Below, piece by piece: positions 28,345-38,345 of a DNA stretch of 64,000 bases. The stretch's first letter is position 1. Each line of letters opens with the position of its first letter. The stretch lies in contig CBDHDG010000005.1 in assembly GCA_965261595.1 (NCBI GenBank), positions 352,001-416,000 of the forward strand, in the 5' to 3' direction. The stretch is from a bacterium. GTDB lineage: Bacteria; UBA8248; JACPRG01; G963555815. The position numbers were made by a program, and so were the translations under genes. Under the pieces are notes generated by a model. The model made no database searches, was not told the DNA's origin, and saw only the letters and a list, made by a program, of their open reading frames with translations.

Positions 28345-28662
28345 TCCAAGGGGGACTTTTTTGAAAAACCGTCCCCCTTGACCCCCCGAAAAACTTTCTG
28401 CGGCCATAGCCTGCGGCTTGGCCTTTGGGGAGTGGACGTCTGATTGGCTATGGTGGTCGGCTGTGGCCCGCGACGCTTTTGATCTTTGGCCGGATGCCCG
28501 TCTGCCTGCGGCAGCCGCAGCATCCGGCCAACCAGCCAGTTTTTCTGCGATAGCGTGCCGCCCGAAGGGCGGCACGCTATCGCCTAATGAAAGTTTTCGA
28601 GGGGGGTTCCCAACCCCTGGGAGGGGTCCAGGGGGGCGGTTTTACAAAAAAGCCCCCTTGGC
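28345..28662. repeat. Intergenic composite repeat: imperfect inverted pair of AAAGTTTT(T)CG..GGGG..CGGTTTT..AAAAAAG.CCCC units enclosing a perfect 17-bp hairpin
   Basis: 28349-28396 is an imperfect reverse complement of 28590-28659; hairpin at 28547-28583; related copy at 57223-57324. Confidence 0.8.
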
Positions 28663-28700
28663 GATCTTTTTGTGTCCCCATCTGTGAGGAAAAAACCCGC

Positions 28701-29846
28701 ATGGACTTCGAGCTTCCCGGGGAGTTGAAGCTTCTTCGCGACATGGTTCGGGACTTCGTCAAGAAGGCGTTGCTGCCCCTGGAGGACCAGGTGGAAGAGG
28801 CCGACGACGTTTCCCCCGACCTCCTGCGGGAGCTCCGCGTTCAGGCTCGGGACCTGGGCCTTCTGGGGCTTTGCATTCCCAAGGAATGCGGCGGGGCCGG
28901 GATGGGGATGCTTGCCAACTGCGTCGTGCGGGAGGAGCTGGGGCGGACGAGTCTGGCCATGTCCTACACCGTCCGGGGCCCCTCGCCGATCCTGTCGTTG
29001 GGCACGGCCGAGCAGCGGGAGCGGTACCTCGCGCCGTGCCTGCGGGCCGAGAAGCGGGACTGCTTCTCCCTGACCGAGCCCAACGCCGGCTCCGACGCTG
29101 CGGCCATTCAGAGCACCGCCGTCCGGGACGGGGACGACTTCATATTGAACGGGACAAAGATCTTCGTGACCGACGGCGTGAAGGCGGACTTCGTGATCGT
29201 CTTCGCCGTGACGGACAAGGAGAAGCGGGCGCGGGGCGGGATCACGGCCTTTCTGGTGGACAAAGGGACGTCGGGGTTCGAGGTGGGGTCGGTGTTCAAG
29301 AAGATGGGCTGGCGGGGAACGGACCTGGCGGAGCTGGTCTTTATCGACTGCCGGGTTCCGGCGGCGCAGGTGCTGGGTGAGGTGGGTCAGGGGTTCGCGC
29401 TGGCGATGAAGTGGATCGACACCGGCCGGCTGGGGATAGCGTCGGCCGCCCTGGGGACGGCCGAGCGGCTGTTGGAGATGGCGACCGATTACGCGGGCCA
29501 GCGAGAAACGTTCGGCCGGCGGCTGGCGGAGCGTCAGGCGATTCAGTGGATGATCGCCGATTCGGCGACCGAGCTCAAGGCGGCGCGGCTGTTGGTCTAC
29601 CAGGCGGCGTGGAGCGGGGAGCAGGGGCGGGACACGCGTCAGGCGGCGGCGATGGCGAAGCTGTACGCCACCGAGATGGTGGGCCGGGTCGCGGACCGCG
29701 CGCTCCAGATCCACGGCGGGATGGGGTACATGAAGGACCTCCCCATCGAGCGCATGTACCGCGACGTCCGATACACCCGGATCGCCGAGGGGACGTCGGA
29801 GATCCTTCGTTTCCTCATTGCCCGGGGGATTTTGAAGGGGGGATAG
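28701..29846 (+). CDS. Acyl-CoA dehydrogenase
   Basis: MDFELP, FSLTEPNAGSD, LNGTKIFVT, KKMGWRG, RETFG, LQIHGGMGY, RIAEGTSEI. Confidence 0.95.
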   Translation: MDFELPGELKLLRDMVRDFVKKALLPLEDQVEEADDVSPDLLRELRVQARDLGLLGLCIPKECGGAGMGMLANCVVREELGRTSLAMSYTVRGPSPILSLGTAEQRERYLAPCLRAEKRDCFSLTEPNAGSDAAAIQSTAVRDGDDFILNGTKIFVTDGVKADFVIVFAVTDKEKRARGGITAFLVDKGTSGFEVGSVFKKMGWRGTDLAELVFIDCRVPAAQVLGEVGQGFALAMKWIDTGRLGIASAALGTAERLLEMATDYAGQRETFGRRLAERQAIQWMIADSATELKAARLLVYQAAWSGEQGRDTRQAAAMAKLYATEMVGRVADRALQIHGGMGYMKDLPIERMYRDVRYTRIAEGTSEILRFLIARGILKGG

Positions 29847-29985
29847 GCCGTAATTAGCACAAATATTTCGTTACAGGCGCGTGTATGATCGGCGCTTGGA
29901 TTGTTGGCCAACGCATCGGGGCGAGAGTCGGTGGGCTCCCGTACCCGCCCCCCCCGACGGCGGCATCACCCGCGATACGCCTCGC

Positions 29986-31692
29986 TTATCTCTCCTCCCC
30001 CGCACCATCATCGATCTCGATTCCATAATCCGCCCGGGCCTTTTCCGGGGAGAGGATGCCGTCCCGGATGTCCTGAAAGACCTTGGACGGGTCCCGCCCG
30101 GCGGGGTCTCCCCATCCGCCGCTGCCCGCGGACAGGACCCTGAGGATCCCGGGGCCGACTTCCATCACGCCGTAAGCGGGAAGCGCGCCTTCCGCCTTGC
30201 CGTCGGGACGAAACGAGACCCGGGCGGGCGCGCCGGCCTTGCCGCCGGAGGTCCCGTACCCGCTGGGCGCCCCCTGGCCCTCGCCGCGCAGACACAACGT
30301 CCCCGGGGCCAGGAGCTCCACCTGATAATCCACGCCTGTTCCGCCCCGAAACTCCCCCGGTCCGCACGAGTCCCGCCGGACCTCGTGCCGGAGGAACCGG
30401 ACCGGGTTGAGGTGCTCGAGGGACTCCAGGTTCGGGATGATCATCCCGCCCATGTTGATGGGGGTCCCGATCTGGTCCGTGCCGTCCTTTCCTTTCGCGG
30501 CGCCCGCGCTGGCCAACCCGGCCAGGTTGAACAGGACGAACACCCGCCCATGGCGGTCGAGCCCCGAGAAAGTGGGGTTGGCCATCTTCCCCCAGCCGGC
30601 GCACACCCGGTCCGGGTCGGCCACCGCCAGGGCCTTCCAGCAGCAGTGCATGATCTCGTGGGCCGGGTGGATGGTGGCGAAGCCGACGGGCGCCGGCTCG
30701 GTGCAGTTCACCACCGTGCCCTCCGGGGCGATGACCCGAATCGTCCGGTGCATCCCTTCATTGTGCGGGATCTGCGGGTCCACCACCGTGGCCAGGGCCG
30801 CGTAGACGGCGGAGTAGGTGTTGGGCAGGTTGCTGTTCTTATAGGCGGGGATCTGCGGGTCCGTCCCGGTGAAATCCGCCTCGATCTCGCCGCCCCGGAC
30901 GGTGAGGCGGAGGCGGATGGAAACGCTCCGGTCGGAGAAGCAGTCGTTGTTCATGGTCTCCGCCGCCTCGTAAACGCCGTCGGGGATGTTCTCCAGCTCC
31001 AGCCGCATCCGGTGCTCCCCGTAATCGAGCAGGGCGTCGCAATACGTCCGAAGCCGGTCCCAACCGTGTTCCTTCAGGAGGTCTTCGACCCAGCCGAGGC
31101 CCTTCTTGACGGAGCCGACCATCGCCCCCAGGTCGCCGGCCAGGATGTCCGGACGGCGGCTGTTGGTCTTGAGCAATTCCAGGACGTCGGCTCGCGGGAC
31201 GCCGCGGTCCTCAAGCTTGAGCGGCGGGATGCGCAGGCCCTCGTGGAAGATTTCCTTCGCCTCGGGGTTGTACGTGCCCGCCGCGCCGCCGCCGATGTCG
31301 AGCTGGTGGGAGCGGATGCACGTGAAGGCCACCGGGTTGCCTCCGGCGAAAACCGGGGCGAAGACCGTCCAGTCGGGCAGGTGGTTGCCGCCGGCGGTGT
31401 AGACGTCGTTCGACACGAAGATGTCGCCGGGGCGGATGTCCTCTCCGAAAAAATCCAGGAGGGCGCGCACGGCGAACCCGCCGCCCCCGGTGTGGATGGG
31501 AATGCCTTCGGCCTGGGAGAGAAGCCGCGCCCGGACGTCGGTGAGGAAGCAGGAGAAGTCATGCGCCTGGCTGGCGATGGCGCTCCGGGCCGTCCGGGTC
31601 ATGACGGCCCCCATCCGGTGGGTGATGCCGTCCAGCTTCTGCTGAATGATCGTCAGCGTCGCCGGGTCGATGGCCGCGCGTCGGGCGGTCAT
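29986..31692 (-). CDS. Hydantoinase B/5-oxoprolinase-family subunit
   Basis: IDPATL, RTARS, DFSC, PGDIFVSNDVY, NHLPD, HQLDIGG, FHEGL, DSCGPGEFRGG, GGWGDP. Confidence 0.93.
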   Translation of the reverse strand: MTARRAAIDPATLTIIQQKLDGITHRMGAVMTRTARSAIASQAHDFSCFLTDVRARLLSQAEGIPIHTGGGGFAVRALLDFFGEDIRPGDIFVSNDVYTAGGNHLPDWTVFAPVFAGGNPVAFTCIRSHQLDIGGGAAGTYNPEAKEIFHEGLRIPPLKLEDRGVPRADVLELLKTNSRRPDILAGDLGAMVGSVKKGLGWVEDLLKEHGWDRLRTYCDALLDYGEHRMRLELENIPDGVYEAAETMNNDCFSDRSVSIRLRLTVRGGEIEADFTGTDPQIPAYKNSNLPNTYSAVYAALATVVDPQIPHNEGMHRTIRVIAPEGTVVNCTEPAPVGFATIHPAHEIMHCCWKALAVADPDRVCAGWGKMANPTFSGLDRHGRVFVLFNLAGLASAGAAKGKDGTDQIGTPINMGGMIIPNLESLEHLNPVRFLRHEVRRDSCGPGEFRGGTGVDYQVELLAPGTLCLRGEGQGAPSGYGTSGGKAGAPARVSFRPDGKAEGALPAYGVMEVGPGILRVLSAGSGGWGDPAGRDPSKVFQDIRDGILSPEKARADYGIEIDDGAGEER

Positions 31693-33803
31693 GGCTTCGC
31701 CCCCTTTTTCGTCAGGACGAGATTGCCGTAGGCATCCGCCTCCACCGTGTTTTCGGGGGCGACCCATAACGTTGTATTCGGCTGTACGATCACCGCCGGA
31801 CCGGAGAGCGGTTGTCCGGGCGCCATCGAGCCGCCGGGGATCACGGGCGTGGAGACGGCCGGACCCGGAGCGTCCGGGAACACGTCGCGGCGCGCCGACT
31901 TCGCCCCGTCCGGCGTCTCCCGTTTCCGGACCGCCAGGGGCGGCGTGGCCGCGGTGGCCGTCACCCGGAGGCCCGAGAAGTCGATGGCGCTTTCCGGGTC
32001 CCGGTGGCCGTAGAGGGTTTCGTGCCGGTCATGAAACGCCGCCGCCAGCGAGTCGAGCGCGCCGGGATCGTCGATGTTCGCGATAACGACCGGGATGTCC
32101 CAGTTCTGACCCCGGTAGCGCAGGTCGGCCCGGAATTCGATCCGGATTTGCTCTGCGGGAACGCCGGTCCCGGCGACTTCCTCCTCGGCGAGGCCGCGTA
32201 ACCGCCCGAACGCCTCCTTCAGGTCCCGGGGGGACGTTTTCTCCAGCTCCCCGATGAAGGTCTGGACGTAGTCCCGTCGAAGGTCGGCGTGGAGGAGGCC
32301 GAGGGCGCTGAAGACGGCGGCGTCCCGGGGAACGAAGACGCGCTCGATCCCGAGGGCCTCGGCCAGCGCGCCGGCGTGAAGCGGTCCGGCGCCGCCGGCG
32401 GCGATGAGGGTGAACTCGCGCGGGTCCCGTCCCTTTTGGACGCTGATCATCTCGATGGCGTCGATCATGTTCTGCGTGGCGATCCGGACGATTGAGAGCG
32501 AGGCCTCCGCCGCCGGGAGGCCCAGGGGCTCGGCGATTCTCCGGCGGACGGCGTCCTCCGCCGCCGCCCGGTCCAGCGTGATTTTCTCCCCCAGCACGTC
32601 CCCGTCCCCCAGCCGGCCCAGGACGAGGTGGGCGTCCGTCACCGTCGGCGACCGGCCCCCCCGCCCGTAGCAGGCCGGTCCGGGGTCCGCCCCGGCCCCG
32701 TGCGGTCCGACCCGCAGCATCCCGCCCGCGTCCACAAAGGCGATGGTCCCTCCGCCCGTTCCGATCGTCGAGATCTCCAGGGACGGGGCGGCGAGGTGAT
32801 ACCCTTCGATTTCCAGGCCGTCGAAGAGGGAGACCTGTCCGTCCGCGACGACCGTGATGTCGCAGCTTGTGCCTCCCATGTCGAAGACGATGAGGTTGGC
32901 CGCCTCGCCGCGCCCTCCCCCTCCCCCCTCTTCCCCCCCCAGGGCCTCTCCGGCCTGAAGGGCCGCCGCCGCGACCGCCGCCGGTCCGGACAGGATGAGC
33001 TGTCCCGGCTGTGAGACGCTGCGTTTGATGTCGGTGACCCCGCCGTTGCCCTGCATGATGAGGGGCGGAACGCGCAGCCCTCCGGCCCGCAGCTCGGAAT
33101 CCAACCCTTCGAGATATGATCCCGCGCCCGGGGCGACGTAGGCGTTGATGACGGTCGTCGAGACCCGCTCATACTCCCCCATGACGGGGAGGACCTCCGA
33201 GGAGATCATGACGGGGATCCCCGGCATTCGGGCGAGCGCCCGCGCCTTGATCGCCCGCTCGTGCTTGCCGTTCGCGTATCCGTTGAACAGGCAGACGGCA
33301 ATGGCCTCGACGCCTTCGCCCTCCAGCGCGTCCAGGGCCTCGGCCGCGCTCTCCCCGTCCAGGGGGACGAGGGGCTCGCCGAAGCAATCCATCCGCTCGC
33401 GGACCCCGCGCCGGAGATGGCGCAGGACGAGGCTCGGCGGGGAGGGCGTCTTCATGTCCCAGATAGAGGCCCGGATCCCCCGGCGCAGCGCCAGGGTGTC
33501 CCGGAACCCCTCCGTCGTGATAAGGCCCACTTTTGCGCCCGCGCGCTGGACCATCAGGTTGGTGCACACGGTGGTCCCGTGGACGAACGACGAGGCGTTC
33601 GCCAGGAGGCCGGGCAGGTCTCCTCCGAGCCGGGCCGCGGCCTGGGAAAGCCCGTGGAAGATTCCTTCCAGCGGGTTATGGGGTGTCGTGGGGGTCTTGA
33701 GGGACAGGATCTTCCCCCCCCCCTCCCCCCCGCCCTCGGGCGCCACGACGACATCGGTGAATGTCCCGCCGACGTCCACGCCGATCCGCACGGATTCGGT
33801 CAA
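31689..33803 (-). CDS. Hydantoinase A/5-oxoprolinase-family ATP-binding subunit
   Basis: IGVDVGGTFTD, HGTTVCTN, EYERVSTTVINAY, DMGGTSCD, GTGGGT, GADPGPACY, PTVTDA; 4-nt overlap with subunit B. Confidence 0.93.
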   Translation of the reverse strand: MTESVRIGVDVGGTFTDVVVAPEGGGEGGGKILSLKTPTTPHNPLEGIFHGLSQAAARLGGDLPGLLANASSFVHGTTVCTNLMVQRAGAKVGLITTEGFRDTLALRRGIRASIWDMKTPSPPSLVLRHLRRGVRERMDCFGEPLVPLDGESAAEALDALEGEGVEAIAVCLFNGYANGKHERAIKARALARMPGIPVMISSEVLPVMGEYERVSTTVINAYVAPGAGSYLEGLDSELRAGGLRVPPLIMQGNGGVTDIKRSVSQPGQLILSGPAAVAAAALQAGEALGGEEGGGGGRGEAANLIVFDMGGTSCDITVVADGQVSLFDGLEIEGYHLAAPSLEISTIGTGGGTIAFVDAGGMLRVGPHGAGADPGPACYGRGGRSPTVTDAHLVLGRLGDGDVLGEKITLDRAAAEDAVRRRIAEPLGLPAAEASLSIVRIATQNMIDAIEMISVQKGRDPREFTLIAAGGAGPLHAGALAEALGIERVFVPRDAAVFSALGLLHADLRRDYVQTFIGELEKTSPRDLKEAFGRLRGLAEEEVAGTGVPAEQIRIEFRADLRYRGQNWDIPVVIANIDDPGALDSLAAAFHDRHETLYGHRDPESAIDFSGLRVTATAATPPLAVRKRETPDGAKSARRDVFPDAPGPAVSTPVIPGGSMAPGQPLSGPAVIVQPNTTLWVAPENTVEADAYGNLVLTKKGAKP

Positions 33804-33978
33804 AGGATGCTCCTTTCCACTTCCCGGACCTGGACGGTGGACCATCCATCGCGGCATAGCTTAAACTATGCGCGCGGAAATCGAAAAACCCCGATGGCCC
33901 GAACCCACCCCGCGATTCCGGGCCGAGCCCCGGGTGATCGACGTTTATGGAGGAGGATGTCAACTGTCGCCGTTGCTT

Positions 33979-34977
33979 ATGGGGATCGGTGTTTTTCCCA
34001 CGGAAAGCAAACACTCCGCCGGAAAAGTCGTCGAGGCCGTCGAAGAGGCGGAACGGGCCGGGTTTGATCGGGCGTGGCTCGTGGATTCGCAGGGGCTGTT
34101 TCCGGAGCTGTACGTCACCCTCACCCAGTGCGTCGCGCGGACGAAGCGCATTCACCTGGGCACGGGCGTCACGAACCCGCTCACTCGTCACCTCTCCGTC
34201 ACGGCCCGGGCCATCGCCACGCTGGATGAGTTCGGGCGGGGGCGCGTCCGCCTGGGCCTGGGGGCCGGGGACACCTCGATGAAGTACATGAGGCGCCCGC
34301 CGCTTCGGCCCGATGAGTGCGAGGAGGCGGTTCGCTGTCTCCGGTCTTTGTTGGCCGGCCGGGAAGGGACCTTCCGGGGGGAGACCATTCACCCGTTCGA
34401 TCATTATGAACCCCGGGACATCCCCATCCACTTGGCGGCCAACGGCCCCCGGATGTTGCGGACGGCCGGCAGGTGCGCGGACGGCGTCATCGTCTCCGTG
34501 GGCGCCGATCCCGCAATCATTCAGTACGTCTTCGATTCGGTGAGGGAAGGGGCCGAGAGTGTGGGCCGCGATCCGGCCGAGATCCCTGTCTCCCTCCACG
34601 TCGGCTGCGACGTCTCCGAGGATCGGGAACAGGCGCGGGAGAACGTCAAGACCTATGTGGCGCGGCGGCTGATCGCCCCGCTGCCGCGTTCGCTGACGGG
34701 ATTCACGAAGGCGGAGCAGGAAAAGTTCAGAGAAGGTTACTCCCTGGCGGGTCATCTCCAGGTGGATTCATCCCATGCCCGGTGGGTGCGGGAGGAATGG
34801 ATCGACCGTTTCTCCCTGGCGGGGACGCCGGAGGAGTGTCTGGAGAAGGTGCGGATGTTCGAGGCGTTGGGGGTGAGCGAGTTGTTCCTTTTGCCCACCA
34901 CGTCCAGCTCGGTCGGGCTCATCCGGACCTTCGCCGACTCCATCCTGCCGAAGCTGCGAGCGTCCGCCATCGGCTGA
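33979..34977 (+). CDS. LLM-class flavin/F420-dependent oxidoreductase (Mer-like)
   Basis: AERAGFDRAWLVDSQ, LGTGVTNPLTRH, LGLGAGD, PIHLAANGPRML, AGTPEEC; start uncertain. Confidence 0.88.
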   Translation: MGIGVFPTESKHSAGKVVEAVEEAERAGFDRAWLVDSQGLFPELYVTLTQCVARTKRIHLGTGVTNPLTRHLSVTARAIATLDEFGRGRVRLGLGAGDTSMKYMRRPPLRPDECEEAVRCLRSLLAGREGTFRGETIHPFDHYEPRDIPIHLAANGPRMLRTAGRCADGVIVSVGADPAIIQYVFDSVREGAESVGRDPAEIPVSLHVGCDVSEDREQARENVKTYVARRLIAPLPRSLTGFTKAEQEKFREGYSLAGHLQVDSSHARWVREEWIDRFSLAGTPEECLEKVRMFEALGVSELFLLPTTSSSVGLIRTFADSILPKLRASAIG

Positions 34978-35034
34978 GCGGCGGCTTCCTTCCTCCGGGA
35001 GGGCCGGTTCGGCCGCAACGGAGAGGATTTCACC

Positions 35035-37155
35035 ATGTCCGATCTTCAGCCGCTTCTGGCGCCGCGTTCCATCGCGGTGGTCGGGGCCAGCGATCAGCCC
35101 GGCACGGGCAAGGCCGTTCTGGCCAATTTGCGCGTGTGCGGGTTCGGCGGAGAGCTGGTCCCCGTGAACCCCAAGTACGAGACCGTGGACGGTCTGCCCT
35201 GCGTCCCGGACCTTTCGCGCCTGCCTCATCCGGTGGACCTGGCCATCATCGCCATCCCGGCGGCGCACATCGCGCGGGCCCTGGGGAGCGTTGCCCCCGG
35301 CGCCGTCCGGGCGGCCGTCATCCTTTCCGCCGGGTTCGGTGAAACGGGCGCGCGCGGCAAGGCGCTCGAAGCGGACGTCCTGGCTGCCGCGCGGGACCGG
35401 GGGATCCGGTTCTGCGGTCCAAACTGTCTGGGGTTCATCAACGTCCACGGCAGGGTGGCGGCCTACAGCGCGTCCCTTCGCCAGCGGCCCCGTCCGGGCG
35501 GGATCGGGATCGTCGCCCAGAGCGGCACCGTATGCATCGGGTTGGTCAACGCCCGGGCCGACCTGGGTTTCAGCCACATCCTGTCCACCGGGAACGAGGC
35601 GGACCTGACCTCCGACGAATGCATCCGGTTCCTGGTGGAAGACTCCCGCACCGAGTGCATCGGCCTCTTCCTCGAAGGCGTCCGGTCGGCCGAAGGCTTC
35701 CTGAGCGCCCTGGACCTGGCGGAGGAGGCGGGCAAGCCCGTCGTTGTGCTCAAGGCCGGCCGCTCGGACACCGGCCGGCGCGCGACCCTCGCGCACACCG
35801 GCTCGCTGTCCGGCTCGGATCGGGTGTTCCGCGGTCTCTTCCGGCAGAAGGGGGTCATCCAGGTTTCCGATATGGACGAGCAGCTCGCGACCCTGGGTAT
35901 GCTCTCCGGAGGCCGCCGGCCCGCCGGAGGGGGGATCGGGGTCACGACGGTCTCCGGCGGGCAGTGCGCCCTGATCTGCGACACGGCGGAGGATATCGGC
36001 CTGGAGCTGCCGGACCTCGCGCCGAAGACGAGCGAACGCCTGGCCGCCGTCCTGCCGGAGTTCGCGGCCAACGCGAATCCGCTGGACACGACCGGGGTGG
36101 GGGTCGTCCGGCACGACCTCTACGAGGAATGTCTGCGGGCCCTCGCGGATGATCCGGGCGTCCACTGCGTCGCCGCCCTTCAGGACATCCCCGCCGGTAT
36201 GGGTCCTTCATCCCGGAAGAATTACCACGAGAATTGCATGTGCCTGGTGAAGGTCGCCCGGTCGACCGATAAGCCGGTCGCGCTGTTCACCCAGTTTGGC
36301 GGCGCGATGGACCCGGAGATGGAAGAGACCCTGCGGGAAGGCGGCGTCCCGCTCTTGCAGGGGCTGATCCCCGGCCTGCGGGCCATCCGGAATTCGGTTC
36401 GGTGGGCCGAGAGGATGCGGACCGGCCGGCCGGGGCCGGCTGAGCCGCGGGGAGATCCGGACGAAGCGGTGGCCGAGAAGCTCCGGGGGGCGAACGGCCC
36501 CCTGTCCGAGCGGGAGAGCAAAGAGGTCCTGGCCCGCTGCGGCGTCGCCGTGACGCGGGAGACCCTCGCGAAGTCCGAGGCCGAGGCCCTGGAAGCGGCC
36601 GAATCGCTGGGCTACCCCGTGGTGCTGAAGGTGGACTCCCCCGATCTGCCGCACAAGACCGAGGCCGGCGCGGTCCGCCTCGGGCTGGATTCCCCCGGCG
36701 GCGTCCGCTCGGCCTACCGCGAGGTTCTCGATTCCGCCCTCCGCTACCGGCCCGACGCCCGGATCAACGGGGTTCTTGTTGCCGAGCAGGCGGCGCCGGG
36801 CGTGGAGATGATCATCGGTCTGTCCACGGACCCCCAGTTCGGAAAGACCATCCTCGCCGGGATGGGCGGGATTCTGGCGGAGGTTCTGGAGGACGCGTCC
36901 GTCCGGTTGGTTCCGATCACCCGGCGGGACGCGGAGGAGATGCTCGACGAGCTCCGGGCCTCGAAGATCCTGAAGGGCGTCCGCGGACGCGGACCCTCGG
37001 ACCGTGAGGCGGTCATCGGGGCGCTGCTGGCGCTTTCGGAGTTCGGACAGCGCTACGGAGACCTTATCGAGGAGGTGGACATCAACCCGTTGATCGTCGG
37101 ACCGGAGGGCTCAGGGGTCCGGGCCGCCGACGCCCTTGTCGTTCCCCGCGCCTGA
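35035..37155 (+). CDS. NDP-forming acyl-CoA synthetase (acetate--CoA ligase family, fused alpha/beta)
   Basis: PRSIAVVGAS, GPNCLG, AQSG, STGNEAD, AHTGSLSG phospho-His motif, NPLD, YPVVLK..HKTEAG, DINPL. Confidence 0.92.
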   Translation: MSDLQPLLAPRSIAVVGASDQPGTGKAVLANLRVCGFGGELVPVNPKYETVDGLPCVPDLSRLPHPVDLAIIAIPAAHIARALGSVAPGAVRAAVILSAGFGETGARGKALEADVLAAARDRGIRFCGPNCLGFINVHGRVAAYSASLRQRPRPGGIGIVAQSGTVCIGLVNARADLGFSHILSTGNEADLTSDECIRFLVEDSRTECIGLFLEGVRSAEGFLSALDLAEEAGKPVVVLKAGRSDTGRRATLAHTGSLSGSDRVFRGLFRQKGVIQVSDMDEQLATLGMLSGGRRPAGGGIGVTTVSGGQCALICDTAEDIGLELPDLAPKTSERLAAVLPEFAANANPLDTTGVGVVRHDLYEECLRALADDPGVHCVAALQDIPAGMGPSSRKNYHENCMCLVKVARSTDKPVALFTQFGGAMDPEMEETLREGGVPLLQGLIPGLRAIRNSVRWAERMRTGRPGPAEPRGDPDEAVAEKLRGANGPLSERESKEVLARCGVAVTRETLAKSEAEALEAAESLGYPVVLKVDSPDLPHKTEAGAVRLGLDSPGGVRSAYREVLDSALRYRPDARINGVLVAEQAAPGVEMIIGLSTDPQFGKTILAGMGGILAEVLEDASVRLVPITRRDAEEMLDELRASKILKGVRGRGPSDREAVIGALLALSEFGQRYGDLIEEVDINPLIVGPEGSGVRAADALVVPRA

Positions 37156-37261
37156 CGCGGATTTCTCACCCGTCCATCGGGGCAGGGGTTGGGCGGGGGG
37201 GGGAGGGGGGGGCTCGATGTCCAATCGCGACGAGTCCCGGGGCCGGGTATGGCCGCTTGAT

Positions 37262-38092
37262 CTATGGGGCGGACTTGAAGGGGCCGTCGCGTTTTTCGAG
37301 GAACTTCTTCAACCCGTGCTTCCGTCCGTACCGGGCCCATTCCAAGCTCTCTTCCGTGGCGTGGATGATGCTTGCCGTCTCGACGTTGTAGGCCAGGGCC
37401 TGCCGGAGCCCCATCATGTCGTACGTGCGGTGGATGGACTCTTTGTTGATCCGAAGCGCCTTGGGCGGCACGAGGGCGAGGCGGTTCGCCAGCTTCAGCG
37501 CTTCGTCCTGTAGGGAGTCGTGCGGGACGACCCGGTTGACCAGCCCCAGGCGGTGGGCCTCTTGGGCGTCGATCAGGTCTCCCATGTAAAGAATCTCCTT
37601 CGCGTTTTTCAGTCCGGTGAGCCAGGGCAGGATGAGGGTGGGGGGCGCCGAAGAATGGCGGATCTCCGGCTCGCCGAACTTTGCGCGGTCGGAGGCGACG
37701 GTGAGGTCGCACACCATGCTGAGGTCCATCCCGCCTCCCACGGCGTACCCGTTCACCGCCGCGATGACGGGCTTTACGCAGTCCCAGACCTTCATGACGT
37801 TGTTGAAATCATCCTTCATCTTCTCCCGCCATTCATCCACCGTTGCCAGGGTCTTCTTCTTTGAATCCTCGGTGTCATAATTCACCGAGATGTCGTAACC
37901 CGCGGAGAACGCCCGGCCCGCCCCGGTGAGGATGACGGCCCGGACGTCTTCGTCGGCCACGGCTTCATCGAGCGCGGTTTCCATCTCCCGTTTGAGGTCG
38001 AAATTCAGGGCGTTGAGAACCTCGGGGCGGTTCAGCGTGATGCGAACGACGGCGTCAAGCTTCTCGTAAATCAGCAGATTGTAGGACATCAT
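37262..38092 (-). CDS. Enoyl-CoA hydratase/isomerase family protein
   Basis: ITLNRPEVLNAL, GRAFSAGYD, KPVIAAVNGYAVGGG, FGEPE. Confidence 0.92.
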   Translation of the reverse strand: MMSYNLLIYEKLDAVVRITLNRPEVLNALNFDLKREMETALDEAVADEDVRAVILTGAGRAFSAGYDISVNYDTEDSKKKTLATVDEWREKMKDDFNNVMKVWDCVKPVIAAVNGYAVGGGMDLSMVCDLTVASDRAKFGEPEIRHSSAPPTLILPWLTGLKNAKEILYMGDLIDAQEAHRLGLVNRVVPHDSLQDEALKLANRLALVPPKALRINKESIHRTYDMMGLRQALAYNVETASIIHATEESLEWARYGRKHGLKKFLEKRDGPFKSAP

Positions 38093-38345
38093 TTTCCCCC
38101 GGATGTTCTTGAGCAGGGCGTCCCGATGGAGGATCCGGGTCGGGCGCGTTGCGCTCTCGTGTCATTATGCGCATGGGCGTTTGGCCGTCAACGGCGTCCC
38201 GGGGCGGAGCGCTTCCCCCGTTGAGGATCGCGGCTTCGGGCCGGCCGGTACCAAGCTATAATGCCTCCGAAGTCCGCGAAGGGGGATGGTTGATTCATGC
38301 CGGTTTCAGGATGAAGACCGGCTTCACCGAGAGGAGGCGCGGACC

